DNA of 64,000 nt from assembly GCA_046546395.1 (NCBI GenBank), contig JBKGXW010000001.1, positions 29,599 to 93,598 of the forward strand. Direction: 5' to 3'. The position numbers and the translations under genes are program-made. Positions within the stretch are counted from its first letter, which is position 1. The number at the start of each line of letters is the position of its first letter. Under the pieces are notes generated by a model. It worked only from the letters and a program-made list of their open reading frames with translations, searched no databases and was not told the origin of the DNA. This DNA comes from Halanaerobiales bacterium. GTDB lineage: Bacteria; Bacillota; Halanaerobiia; Halanaerobiales; DTU029. Positions 47,756 through 57,831 of the stretch are shown here, one piece after another.

Positions 47756-48859
47756 ATGTTCGCCAGGTTAAAAATACTACTTATTTTCGTTCCTATTAGC
47801 ATAGGGGTTTCTTATTTTATGGATGGTTCTTTAATATCCTTTGTTTCATCAGCTCTGGCCATTATACCCCTGGCTGCTTTAATGTCCAGTTTAACTGATC
47901 AACTTCGTTCACAGATAGGGAGCAGCTGGGGTGGTTTAATAAATGTAACTTTCGGGAATGCAACAGAATTAATAATATCTATATTTGCTTTATATGACGG
48001 ATTGTTGAATGTAGTGAAAGCAAATATAACAGGCTCTATAATAATGAATCTACTCTTAGTATTGGGGCTGTCTTTTTTTCTGGGTGGTTTAAGATATCAG
48101 AGGCAGGAATTTGATAAACTACTGGCAATTACAAATAGCGCAATGCTCATGCTGGCAGTAATAGGCATGTTAGTACCTGCGATCTTTTATTTTGGGTCAC
48201 CGAATATCAGGACAGTGATTCTGGGCCGTCTGAGTATAGGAGTGGGCTTTGTTTTGTTTTCAACTTATATTGCAAGTCTATATTTTACGCTGATTTTTCA
48301 TGAGAGAGAGAAGAAAAACAGAAAGAAAACTAAAGGAAGTCAGGAAAGGGTTTATTTTTCAGTAGATCCTGAATATATCGAAACTGGTAAGAAAGAGAAA
48401 ACACGACCTTTAGCTCGAAATGTCATTTATTTGTTTATAACAACCTCTTTTATTGCAATAGAAGCCAGTATTCTTGTAGGTTCTATATCTATTCTTCAGG
48501 AAAGGTTTAATATTTCTCCTGTTTTTATAGGAATCATTATCCTGCCAATTATTTCTAATGTTGCAGAAAACGTAACTGCTGTAAGAATGGCTAGAGAAAA
48601 TAAGATTGATTTGAGTATTACAATAGCAATAGGTTCAAGTATCCAGGTGGCACTATTCCTGGTGCCATTATTAATTTTTTTCAGTCATCTGACTTCAAAT
48701 CCAATGAATGTTTTATTTAATATACTGGAAATCAGTACAATCGGGCTTTCTGTTCTGGCTATTAATGTGATTTACTTACAGGGCAAGTCAAACTGGTTTG
48801 AAGGACTGCAGTTGATTGCTGCTTACCTGATAATTGCGATAGCATTCTTTTTTGCATAA
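47756..48859 (+). CDS. Ca2+/H+ antiporter (CaCA family, ChaA/YfkE-like)
   Basis: Alpha-repeat signatures GNATELIISIFAL and SNVAENVTAV, with 10-11 TM helices and a central basic loop. Confidence 0.85.
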   Translation: MFARLKILLIFVPISIGVSYFMDGSLISFVSSALAIIPLAALMSSLTDQLRSQIGSSWGGLINVTFGNATELIISIFALYDGLLNVVKANITGSIIMNLLLVLGLSFFLGGLRYQRQEFDKLLAITNSAMLMLAVIGMLVPAIFYFGSPNIRTVILGRLSIGVGFVLFSTYIASLYFTLIFHEREKKNRKKTKGSQERVYFSVDPEYIETGKKEKTRPLARNVIYLFITTSFIAIEASILVGSISILQERFNISPVFIGIIILPIISNVAENVTAVRMARENKIDLSITIAIGSSIQVALFLVPLLIFFSHLTSNPMNVLFNILEISTIGLSVLAINVIYLQGKSNWFEGLQLIAAYLIIAIAFFFA

Positions 48860-48905
48860 AGGAAAAGGATCTTAAGCATTTATCTAAAATAATTGTAAGA
48901 TAACA

Positions 48906-48935
48906 CCACCCAAATCTTATTTTTGATTTGGGTGG
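48906..48935. terminator. Hairpin between convergent genes (possible bidirectional terminator)
   Basis: Perfect 11-bp stem CCACCCAAATC-TTATTTTT-GATTTGGGTGG. There is no clean U tract on either side. Confidence 0.45.
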
Positions 48936-49015
48936 AGTTCTGTATGGTTTATTTAAATATAGAGCACCTGGGATAAAACATAAGATTTCCCTTTCTGCCT
49001 GCTGATCTATTTAGA

Positions 49016-49576
49016 TTATTTATCAGTGCGGGTGGGGATTTTTAGTTTCTGACCTGGGTAGATTGAATCACTCTCAAGTTCATTAATCCTCTTTATTTCA
49101 GCTACTGAAACATTGTATTTACGACTGATCTTCCAGAGGGAATCCCCCTTATGTACTGTATAAACAAAATATGAATTATTATTTGAATCAGATGAAGAAT
49201 CTGAAGGATCATCTTTTGGATGCTCTATATTCCCTGTGAATGACTGTCGAATAATAATGGGAGTCCCCACAGAAACCTTACTGTATACTGCTTCTGCATC
49301 TTTATTGTACATCCTCACACAGCCAAGAGAGACTGCCTGACCTATTAGATGAGGTTGGTTTGTTCCATGTATACCGTGTTCTCTCCAGGTAAACTGCATC
49401 CAGCGTGTCCCCAGTATGCCGCCAGGGTTGTAGATTTTATTTAATATTTTAAAATCACCCGTAGGAGTAGGAGTAGATGGTTTACCTACTGCTACCGGGA
49501 ATATATTGACCACTTGATTGTTATTTTTCAATATTAGGCGACGTGTATTTGTTTCGATATAAATTTTGTGGGTCAA
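49016..49576 (-). CDS. L,D-transpeptidase (YkuD fold) with C-terminal LysM domain
   Basis: Catalytic motif HGIHGTN...SLGCVRM. C-terminal LysM YTVHKGDSLWKISRKYNVSVAEIKRINELESDSIYPGQKLKIP. The TTG start follows GGGAGG. Confidence 0.85.
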   Translation of the reverse strand: MTHKIYIETNTRRLILKNNNQVVNIFPVAVGKPSTPTPTGDFKILNKIYNPGGILGTRWMQFTWREHGIHGTNQPHLIGQAVSLGCVRMYNKDAEAVYSKVSVGTPIIIRQSFTGNIEHPKDDPSDSSSDSNNNSYFVYTVHKGDSLWKISRKYNVSVAEIKRINELESDSIYPGQKLKIPTRTDK

Positions 49577-49788
49577 TGTAGCTACCTCCCTTTTTAAGTA
49601 ATATCTTTAAATTATAATATAGTATATTCATGTAATAGGGATATGTTAATATACTCTTAATTTAGTCTCTCTTGAGATTCGCATCTGGAATAAGTTTACA
49701 GGGCTAATATATAGTATATAAGGGTTGCGGATGTTATAATACTATATAGGTATTTTATAGTAAAGGTACTCAGATAGGGGGTGACTGG

Positions 49789-50640
49789 ATGAAGAAATAT
49801 ATAATACTTTTATTACTGCTAATATTAGTTGCTTTTTTCCTTTATATAAATAATAATAACAGGGTTATGCATGTTTCTCAGGTAGAGAGCTATCAGGCTA
49901 CAGGTAAAAATGTTGATAATAAGGAAAATATAAAACTACTGACATATAATATCCGACATGGAGTAGGTGTTGATGGAAGGTTGGATTTGGACAGAATTGT
50001 AGAGGTCATTAAATATTCAGGAGCAGAGATTATTGGTCTTAATGAAGTAGATTATTTAATGAGAAGAAGTGGCTTTCGCAATCAGGTGGGTTATATTGCT
50101 GAAAAGCTGGGCATGAACTATGCTTTTGGTGCAAGTGAAAAGCAAATTGCTGGTAGTTATGGTAATGCTATTCTATCCAGATATCCGATAGTTAGGGTAG
50201 AGAATCATGAACTTCCTTCACTTGTTGATAAAAAAATGGAGAAGCGTGCATTAATAAAATCTAAAATAAAAATTAGTGATGACAAAAGCATTTATGTTCT
50301 TTCTACCCATCTGTCACTCAACTGTACTGAGCGGTCAAAGCAGATCATCTGGCTGGAGAAGTTTTTAAGTGTTTTTTCAGAACCATATATTCTAATGGGT
50401 GATTTCAACACTGAAATTGATGAGATAAATTATGTACTAAATGAAAATGATATTACTTCTTCTGCTTTAATACCTATACCAGTACTTCTGCAGAGAAAAA
50501 CATATCCATCTGTTAATCCGGTTAAAGGAGTTGATATGTATTTTTCTTCTTTATCTTTTGAAGTAAAAGATAGCCATACAATAAATACTACTGCTTCCGA
50601 TCACTTACCTGTTTATCTTGAAGTAGAATTTGCGGGTTAA
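49789..50640 (+). CDS. Endonuclease/exonuclease/phosphatase (EEP) family protein with N-terminal anchor or signal
   Basis: LLTYNIRHG, GLNEVD, GDFN and SDHLPV motifs of the EEP fold, with a hydrophobic N-terminus. Confidence 0.8.
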   Translation: MKKYIILLLLLILVAFFLYINNNNRVMHVSQVESYQATGKNVDNKENIKLLTYNIRHGVGVDGRLDLDRIVEVIKYSGAEIIGLNEVDYLMRRSGFRNQVGYIAEKLGMNYAFGASEKQIAGSYGNAILSRYPIVRVENHELPSLVDKKMEKRALIKSKIKISDDKSIYVLSTHLSLNCTERSKQIIWLEKFLSVFSEPYILMGDFNTEIDEINYVLNENDITSSALIPIPVLLQRKTYPSVNPVKGVDMYFSSLSFEVKDSHTINTTASDHLPVYLEVEFAG

Positions 50641-50743
50641 AAATGGAGTAAAGTAATAATAAGATATATAATTTTGATGATTTCTTGATTTTTATCACTA
50701 AAAATTACATCCATAAAACTTGATGAAAATCTTAGTATAAATG

Positions 50744-50775
50744 AGCTTAAATCCGATCTGGGTTTAAGCTTTATT
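50744..50775 (+). terminator. Possible terminator
   Basis: AGCTTAAA-N11-TTTAAGCT stem followed by a TT-rich tract. The stem is AT-rich and therefore weak. Confidence 0.35.
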
Positions 50776-50858
50776 CATATAAATAATCCCTTCAGTGAAT
50801 GGTCATACTAGTAATTGAAAATCTAATATTACTAATTGTTGGGAAAGGGTATGATCTT

Positions 50859-51671
50859 GTGGGCGAAAAAGCTAGAGGTACTATGTTATTAATAGGGGGG
50901 GCGGAGGATAAAAAAAGGGATAAAGAAATATTAAAAAGATTTATTACTTTGTCAGAAGAAAGTAATTCATATATTGTTGTACTAACTTCAGCTACTTCAG
51001 AACCTGATACTGTTGGAAAGGAGTATCATAATGTTTTTAAAAAATTGGGTGCAGATAATATTAAGGTTCTCAATATAGATAATAGAAAAAAGGCAGTCGA
51101 TCCAGGATACTCTCATATAATAGAAAAAGCCGGTGGTATCTTTTTTACAGGGGGTGATCAATTAAGGATTACCAGTATATTTGGTGGTTCAAGAATATAT
51201 GAAGGTCTAAAAAAAGCTTATGAAAATGGATCAATCATCGCTGGCACCAGTGCGGGAGCATCGGTTGTAAGTGATATTATGATAGTTGGAGGCCGTGGCA
51301 ATGATAGTCCGGGATTTGATAGTGTGCGTCTGGCTTCAGGGCTGGGGCTGCTGGAAGAGGTTGTGGTCGATCAACACTTTGCACAGCGGGGAAGGATGAA
51401 TCGCCTACTGATGGCAATTGCATATAATCCATATATACTGGGTATTGGAATAGATGAAGATACTGCAATTGAGATAAATTCTAATGCTGTCGCCACTGTA
51501 ATGGGAAACAGGACCGTTATGGTACTTGATGGTAAGGATATAACACATAGCAATATATCGGAAATAGGTGAAAATCAACCCCTTGCTTTACTGGGTGTAA
51601 GGGTCCATATCCTACCAGCCGGGTATAAATATAATCTTAGAAATAGGGAGATAATAATATCTGAAACATAA
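50859..51671 (+). CDS. cphB: Cyanophycinase (peptidase S51)
   Basis: LLIGGAEDK, FFTGGDQ and GTSAGA (nucleophile Ser) motifs. The start is uncertain: GTG 50859 or ATG 50883. The ORF-track start at 50799 adds an atypical extension. Confidence 0.85.
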   Translation: MGEKARGTMLLIGGAEDKKRDKEILKRFITLSEESNSYIVVLTSATSEPDTVGKEYHNVFKKLGADNIKVLNIDNRKKAVDPGYSHIIEKAGGIFFTGGDQLRITSIFGGSRIYEGLKKAYENGSIIAGTSAGASVVSDIMIVGGRGNDSPGFDSVRLASGLGLLEEVVVDQHFAQRGRMNRLLMAIAYNPYILGIGIDEDTAIEINSNAVATVMGNRTVMVLDGKDITHSNISEIGENQPLALLGVRVHILPAGYKYNLRNREIIISET

Positions 51672-51770
51672 GCTACATCTGGATATTTCCTCTATGAATC
51701 TGAAAATAGAAAAGAGTATATAAGTAGTATTATTAAGATGCTAAAGATCCAGTTAACAGGAGGTATAGAA

Positions 51771-54434
51771 TTGAAGATTATATCACATCGTTTAATGAAA
51801 GGGCCTAACCTATATACCTATTCGCCTGTTATAGAGACAATATGTGATCTTGATAGCTTTGACCAAGTGGAAAGTAAGGATATCAAAGGATTTAATAAAT
51901 CTGTAATAAAATATTTTCCAGGATTACTTGATCATAGTTGTTCAGAGGGCAGAAAAGGAGGGTTTTTAAAAAGGCTGAAAGAAGGAACTTATCTGGGACA
52001 TATAATCGAACACCTCAGTCTTGAAATACAGGTTTTGCTTGGATATGATGTTTATTATGGAAAAACCATCTGGATAGAAGGTAGCTGCTATAAGCTTATA
52101 ACTGAATATATAGTAGAGGAAATTGCTCAATTTGCAGTAGAAACAGCTTTAGAATTTGTACTGGCTCTGGCTGAGCAAACTGATACAGAACTTATTCTTA
52201 ATAAACTAAAAAATGAAGGAGAAAAGATTGTAAGACGCTATGGGATAGGGCCAAGTACCAGAGCATTAATTGATTCAGCGAAGAAAAGGAATATACCAGT
52301 TATCCCTCTTGATAAAGAGAATTGTCTCTATCAACTGGGATATGGAAAAAGACAAAAAAGGATTGAAGCCACAATAAGCTCAACAACTTCCTGCATAGCA
52401 GTGGATATTGCCAGTAACAAAATGCAGACAAATGAATTGCTGAGGGATGCGGGTTTGCCTGTTCCCAGGGGTTTTATTCTGGAAAATATTATTGAGTTGA
52501 AAGATGTGATCTGTCATCTAGAGACACCCCTTGTTGTAAAACCCTTTAACTGCAATCATGGGAAAGGAGTCAGCCTGAATATAAACAACTGGTATGAATT
52601 AAAAAAAGCCTTTTATCGTGCACGAAAATATAGTAGAAAAATTATTGTTGAGGAATATATAGTAGGGAAAGACTATAGATTGTTAGTAGTAGGGAATAGG
52701 ATGATTGCAGCAGCGGAGAGGAAACCTCCTCATATCAGAGGAGACGGGAAAAACAACATAAGAAAATTAATAGAGCAGATTAACGATTCTACATTGAGGG
52801 GAGATGGTCATGAAAAACCATTGACCCGCATAAAAATAGATGAAGTAATAATAAAACACCTACAGGCTGAGGGATATAATCTGGATACCATTCCAGAAAA
52901 GAATCAAATTATTTTTTTGAGGCATAATGGTAATTTAAGTACTGGAGGTACTGCAGAGGATATAACAGGGCAGGTTCATCCCCTGAATATGGAACTGGCT
53001 ATCAGGGCTGCTCATGTTATCGGTCTTGATATAGCAGGTATTGATATAATAGCACAGGATATAAGGGTTCCCCTTTTACAACAGGAGGGTGTGATTATAG
53101 AAGTTAATGCCTCGCCTGGTATAAGAATGCACCTTTATCCCTCTATAGGAAAAAGTAGACCTGCTGCTGATGCTATTATTGATCATCTTTTCCCGGATAA
53201 TGATGGTCGAATTCCAGTAATTTCTATCACCGGAACAAATGGTAAAACAACTACTACACGATTACTGGCAGAGATATTCAGTCAGGTATATGAAAATGTA
53301 GGTTATACTACTACTGATGGGACTTATATTAATGATCAATGTATTATACCAGGTGATAATACTGGACCTATTAGTGCAAAATCATTACTTAAGGAACCAA
53401 TAGTAGATATAGTAATTCTAGAAACTGCAAGGGGTGGTATAATTCGGGAAGGGCTGGGATACCATCAAAGTGATATAGGTGTTATTTTAAATATTACTGA
53501 AGACCACCTGGGAGTAGATGGGATAGAAACCCTGGCAGATCTTGCCTTCATTAAATCTTTAGTTATTGAGACTGTAAAAAAAACAGGAAATTGTGTGTTG
53601 AATGCCGATGATCCAACAGTTTTGAGATTGTCAGAGAGGGCTTCCGCACCTATCGTATATTTCTCGCAGAAGAATAATAATGTAATAATCACAAACCATT
53701 GTAATAATGGTGGGAAAGCAGTTTATATAGAAAACGGCAATATAGTACATCAAAAAGGAGACTTAAAGGAAGTTGTATTTCGTGATGTCAGGAACATCCC
53801 TATTACTTTTGGAGGCAGAGCTAAACACAATGTTGAAAATATATTGGCAGCGACTTCAGTAGCCCTTAGTCGCGGGATTGATAAAAGATACATAGAAAAG
53901 GCTTTGAGCTCTTTTGGTAGTAACTGGTCAGATAATACTGGTCGATTAAATATTTTTCAGACAATAGGACTTAAAGTGATTCTTGATTATGGCCATAACC
54001 CGGCTGGTTTTGAAAAAGTCTTCAAGTTTATGAAGAAGCTGGAGGGTGAAAGGTTAGTTGGAATAGTTGGTCTGCCAGGAGACAGGAATGATGACTTAAT
54101 TATAAAGGCGGGAAAGATTATAGCTGATTACCTTGATGTAGTGTACATAAAAGAGGATATGGATTTACGAGGAAGAAAAGCCGGTGAAGTAGCTGGATTA
54201 TTAAGAAAAGCACTTCTCGAAAATAATTATCAGGGCCTGTATTCATATATATCTGCAGAAAGTGATGCCCTGGAAATGGCTTTAAGTAATGCTATACCCG
54301 GTGATATAATTGTCTGTTTTTATGAAAAAAACCCCGAAAAGCTTATCAGGATTATAAGGCAGGGAATGCTGGAATTTGAAACAAAGGAAGCAGTTGTAGA
54401 TCAAAAAACCAGAAAAAGTCTTATAATAGATTAA
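51771..54434 (+). CDS. cphA: Cyanophycin synthetase
   Basis: An N-terminal domain, an ATP-grasp domain (LVVKP...GKGV...YRLLVV) and a Mur-ligase-like domain (ITGTNGKTTT). TTG at 51771 lies 7 nt after AGGAGG and yields the typical M-K-I-(I/L) N-terminus. Confidence 0.9.
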   Translation: MKIISHRLMKGPNLYTYSPVIETICDLDSFDQVESKDIKGFNKSVIKYFPGLLDHSCSEGRKGGFLKRLKEGTYLGHIIEHLSLEIQVLLGYDVYYGKTIWIEGSCYKLITEYIVEEIAQFAVETALEFVLALAEQTDTELILNKLKNEGEKIVRRYGIGPSTRALIDSAKKRNIPVIPLDKENCLYQLGYGKRQKRIEATISSTTSCIAVDIASNKMQTNELLRDAGLPVPRGFILENIIELKDVICHLETPLVVKPFNCNHGKGVSLNINNWYELKKAFYRARKYSRKIIVEEYIVGKDYRLLVVGNRMIAAAERKPPHIRGDGKNNIRKLIEQINDSTLRGDGHEKPLTRIKIDEVIIKHLQAEGYNLDTIPEKNQIIFLRHNGNLSTGGTAEDITGQVHPLNMELAIRAAHVIGLDIAGIDIIAQDIRVPLLQQEGVIIEVNASPGIRMHLYPSIGKSRPAADAIIDHLFPDNDGRIPVISITGTNGKTTTTRLLAEIFSQVYENVGYTTTDGTYINDQCIIPGDNTGPISAKSLLKEPIVDIVILETARGGIIREGLGYHQSDIGVILNITEDHLGVDGIETLADLAFIKSLVIETVKKTGNCVLNADDPTVLRLSERASAPIVYFSQKNNNVIITNHCNNGGKAVYIENGNIVHQKGDLKEVVFRDVRNIPITFGGRAKHNVENILAATSVALSRGIDKRYIEKALSSFGSNWSDNTGRLNIFQTIGLKVILDYGHNPAGFEKVFKFMKKLEGERLVGIVGLPGDRNDDLIIKAGKIIADYLDVVYIKEDMDLRGRKAGEVAGLLRKALLENNYQGLYSYISAESDALEMALSNAIPGDIIVCFYEKNPEKLIRIIRQGMLEFETKEAVVDQKTRKSLIID

Positions 54435-54563
54435 CATTTCATTCCTATAATGTTATAATAATATCAGGTTCTTCTTAAAATAAAGTTTGACTATTTGCTT
54501 TGAATAATAATAAGGAGAGACTATTATATATAATCTAACATATGGATTGAAGGTGTTAATATA

Positions 54564-55454
54564 ATGAATCAGATAGTAGTCCCTGCTCCGGCTAAAATAA
54601 ATCTTGCCCTTGATATTTTAGGGGTAAGGAGTGACGGCTACCATGAAGTCGAAATGATTATGCAGTCGATTAGTCTTCATGATAATATAATTATCAAAAA
54701 GAAGGAAGAAGGTATTAAATTAGCGACGTCTAATCTAGATCTTCCAGAGGATGAAAACAATATAGCATATAAAGCTGCCCGTCTAATAATTGACAAAGCT
54801 GAGTTAACTGAAGGAGTAGATATATACATTGAAAAAAACATTCCTGTAGCTGGGGGACTGGCAGGAGGAAGTACAGATGCAGCTGCTGTATTGAATGGGA
54901 TTAATATGTTATATAATCTCGATTTGTCTGAAGATGAATTAAAAAAACTGGCTTCAAAGCTTGGTTCAGATGTCCCTTTCTGTATCAGAGGTGGAACAGC
55001 CCTGGCATATGGTAGAGGAGAAATGATACGGCAATTACCTGATATAGAAAAACAGTATCTTGTACTTGTAAATCCGGGTATTTCTATCAGTACTGCTTGG
55101 GCCTATAGCGAATATGATAAAGGGATTCAAAGACTTAAAATTCCTGGAGTTCCTGTAGATAAACTAACATCTAAGCTAACGACTGATAAAAAGATTAATT
55201 GGGCAGAGGGATGGTTCAATGTTCTTGAAGAAGTAGCTGAAAGTTTTTATCCAGAAATAATTGATATTAAGGAACTATTAAATGAAATGGGTGCCATATT
55301 TACCCTGATGTCTGGTAGTGGTTCTACGGTTTTTGCAGTTGTAAACAATCTGGAAACCGCAGGAAATATCAGGGAAAATTGGCCCAGGTCAGATGATTAT
55401 ATTACCACAGCCTGGACTGTAAAGGAGGATTTTTCAGAGCTGTGGCGAAAATAG
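54564..55454 (+). CDS. ispE: 4-diphosphocytidyl-2-C-methyl-D-erythritol kinase
   Basis: APAKINL.LDI, GHMP-kinase motif PVAGGLAGGSTDAAA and SGSGSTVF. Confidence 0.95.
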   Translation: MNQIVVPAPAKINLALDILGVRSDGYHEVEMIMQSISLHDNIIIKKKEEGIKLATSNLDLPEDENNIAYKAARLIIDKAELTEGVDIYIEKNIPVAGGLAGGSTDAAAVLNGINMLYNLDLSEDELKKLASKLGSDVPFCIRGGTALAYGRGEMIRQLPDIEKQYLVLVNPGISISTAWAYSEYDKGIQRLKIPGVPVDKLTSKLTTDKKINWAEGWFNVLEEVAESFYPEIIDIKELLNEMGAIFTLMSGSGSTVFAVVNNLETAGNIRENWPRSDDYITTAWTVKEDFSELWRK

Positions 55455-55543
55455 TATTAGAGCTACAAGATTATAATGAGAAAACATATAGTAGAGACTC
55501 TGGAAGATGAGATTAAATATTAGTACTGTCGGGAGGGTTATAT

Positions 55544-56302
55544 ATGGCCTTAGATGTAATAATCTTAGCTGGTGCTCCAAATAAAGGTCCTTTAAAAGAA
55601 ATAACTACCACTGATCATGAAGCTTTAATTAAGATTGCAGATATACCCATGGTCGAATATGTGATTAAGGCTGTTAATCAGGCCCAAAACACAGGAAATA
55701 TAATAGTTGTAGGTCCTGGAGACGAATTGAAAAAGTCGATTCAGGAAAAAGTGGACCTATTTATTGAGTCTGGTGAATCATTAAAAGAGAACATCTTTAA
55801 GGGGATAAATAAAACTGATAAAAAAGATTATATATTATTAATGACTTCAGACATACCTTTAATTACAGCAGATGTTATTGATGATTACATAACAACCTGT
55901 CTGGAAGATGGTGAGGCTGATCTTTATTACCCTATAATACCGAAAGAATATAATATAATGAAATTCCCGAAAGTTAAAAGAACTTATTTTCATCTTGCTG
56001 AGGGAGTATTTACTGGTGGGAATATGGTACTTTTAAAGCCCAAAATTCTGGAAGAGTCAAATGAGATGTTGGAAAAAGCCCTGGCGCTGCGAAAAAAACC
56101 ATGGAAAATGAGTCGCTTATTGGGAATGAAGTTTATTCTTAAGTTTGTAATAGGGCGGCTATCTCTTGGAGAAATCGAGAGTAAAGTTGCCAGTATAACG
56201 GGATGCAGAGGACACTTCATGATAACAAATCACCCGGAAATAGGTTTTGATGTAGACAAACCCAGCGACTTACGAATAATGCAAGATAAAGTGAGCTCTT
56301 AG
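55544..56302 (+). CDS. MobA-like NTP-transferase domain protein (nucleotidyltransferase, substrate unknown)
   Basis: The N-terminal ILAGAPNKGPL glycine-rich loop and the LLMTSDIPL motif fit the NTP_transf_3 fold. Its last 16 nt belong to the downstream tandem repeat. Confidence 0.7.
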   Translation: MALDVIILAGAPNKGPLKEITTTDHEALIKIADIPMVEYVIKAVNQAQNTGNIIVVGPGDELKKSIQEKVDLFIESGESLKENIFKGINKTDKKDYILLMTSDIPLITADVIDDYITTCLEDGEADLYYPIIPKEYNIMKFPKVKRTYFHLAEGVFTGGNMVLLKPKILEESNEMLEKALALRKKPWKMSRLLGMKFILKFVIGRLSLGEIESKVASITGCRGHFMITNHPEIGFDVDKPSDLRIMQDKVSS

Positions 56303-56643
56303 TTTCAGGGCGGTTTTACTGAAACTTAGTGGAACGAATCCAGGGTCTTACTGTCACTTGCTTACATTTTAGAAGTAGCGAAATTAGTGACAGTTAGACA
56401 TCGGGTAAAGTGAGCTCTTAGTTTCAGGGCGGTTTTACTGAAACTTAGTGGAACGAATCCAGGGTCTTACTGTCACTTGCTTACATTTTAGAAGTAGCGA
56501 AATTAGTGACAGTTAGACATCGGGTAAAGTGAGCTCTTAGTTTCAGGGCGGTTTTACTTGAAGTTTAGACGAGCAAATACTGGGACTTACTGTCACTTAG
56601 ATACATAGCAAGCTACAAATATTAGTGACAGTTAGTATCGAGT
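56287..56643. repeat. 3 x 119-bp tandem repeat (copies 1 and 2 identical, copy 3 diverged)
   Basis: Units start at 56287, 56406 and 56525, each with TAAAGTGAGCTCTTAGTTTCAGGGCGGTTTTAC. Each unit holds a long-range stem ACTGTCACT ... AGTGACAGT. Copies 1 and 2 also hold AGTTTCAG-N10-CTGAAACT. Confidence 0.95.
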
Positions 56644-56665
56644 GAAAACCCATATATAATGTTTT

Positions 56666-56702
56666 AAGAGTCCCTTGCTCATGAGAGTAATCGGGGACTC
56701 TT
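56666..56702. terminator. Hairpin between convergent genes (likely terminator of the minus-strand ATPase gene)
   Basis: AAGAGTCCC-N19-GGGACTCTT, a perfect 9-bp stem. The U tracts are weak. Confidence 0.5.
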
Positions 56703-56754
56703 GTTAATTAAAGTTATTTATCCTGAGAATGTATGAGATACTGCAAATTAAAAA

Positions 56755-57831
56755 TTAGTTCCCTAGTATTTTTCTGATAAGATCATTTCTGTAGTGGTCG
56801 ATTTTTTCAAAGTTCATGGCTGAGACATAATATTCTTCCAGTTCATCATGAAGGTTCTTGGCACTTTTCAGAAAGTAATATACTCTTTTCATCATATCCT
56901 CATATAATTTTTCTGCATCAAGAATTTCGGCATTGTAATCCTTTATATAATCCAGATTTATTGTTTCTACCAGATTAATTGTGTAGTCTTTTGCTTTTGT
57001 AGCTTCAAGATAATGCGGTGGGGTTCCTACCAGTAAAGCTGTATTTAATTCAGGTATTATGGCAGCATCCAGCTCTTCTGGGTCCATGGGGCAGTGTAGG
57101 TATAGGATAAAATAACCGTATTTAGCCGCTTCTGCACAGAAACCCTTAATTAATGAAGATTTTCCAGTACCCGGTTTACCCTTGATCACGATCCTGTTCT
57201 CTATATCTTCACTTAAATTTTCCAGATAATTGACTGCACCGCCGGGCGTAATAGCACTTCCAAATAAATGACGTTCTGAACCTGAGCTAATTTCTCTTTT
57301 GAGTACATTTTTACAGATTAGTTTATCTAATAGTTTATTATAAAAATCTTTATCCTGACTTTTCTGGTAATATTTTTTCCAGTGTAAATGTATACACTTA
57401 GCTGCTTTTAAAAAACTATATGCCTGACTGAAACGCTGGCTGATTAGATCTGTTAAATACATAATATCACTTCTGTTTTCTTCCAGTGAGTCTCTATTCC
57501 AGTATTTCCCCAGATTAATAATCTCATCAATTGCACCTGGATAGATGGGATCGGTCATATGAGGTGCTGTGCCGTCAAGCACAGCGGTTTTCAATTCTGG
57601 TATAACAACACCATCAAGAGAATTATTATCAGAAGAACACCAGTGAAACTCTATATCATAACCTGCATCATTTAATTGATAGCCAATTTTTTTCATAAAA
57701 GTTGATTTCCCTGTACCGGGTCCACCTTTTATAATATAGACTCTGTCGGCATAATATGGGAGATACTGATAAAATGAATAAAAGCCCTGTGGGGTATTAC
57801 CTCCCGGAAAGAAATTTTTAATCTTTGACAT
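56755..57831 (-). CDS. P-loop NTPase with two Walker A motifs (PRK06851-like conserved Firmicute ATPase, function unknown)
   Basis: Two halves each carry a Walker A motif (GGPGTGKST; GKPGTGKSS) followed by ...HC(S/P)...D(G/A)(V/A)(V/I)IPEL...GT(A/P)PH, implying an internal duplication. Confidence 0.7.
   Translation of the reverse strand: MSKIKNFFPGGNTPQGFYSFYQYLPYYADRVYIIKGGPGTGKSTFMKKIGYQLNDAGYDIEFHWCSSDNNSLDGVVIPELKTAVLDGTAPHMTDPIYPGAIDEIINLGKYWNRDSLEENRSDIMYLTDLISQRFSQAYSFLKAAKCIHLHWKKYYQKSQDKDFYNKLLDKLICKNVLKREISSGSERHLFGSAITPGGAVNYLENLSEDIENRIVIKGKPGTGKSSLIKGFCAEAAKYGYFILYLHCPMDPEELDAAIIPELNTALLVGTPPHYLEATKAKDYTINLVETINLDYIKDYNAEILDAEKLYEDMMKRVYYFLKSAKNLHDELEEYYVSAMNFEKIDHYRNDLIRKILGN

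Noticed and set aside
56328-56346. tRNA-like T-arm resemblance (GGAACGAATCCAGGGTC) inside the repeat unit
   Set aside because: It lacks the GTTC T-loop core. I could not draw an acceptor stem, D-arm or anticodon arm around it, so no cloverleaf is possible.
56287-56643. Whether the 119-bp tandem array is a CRISPR array
   Set aside because: The units are contiguous, with no unique spacers. The 119-bp unit is far longer than CRISPR repeats. No cas genes lie nearby. It is reported as a tandem repeat instead.
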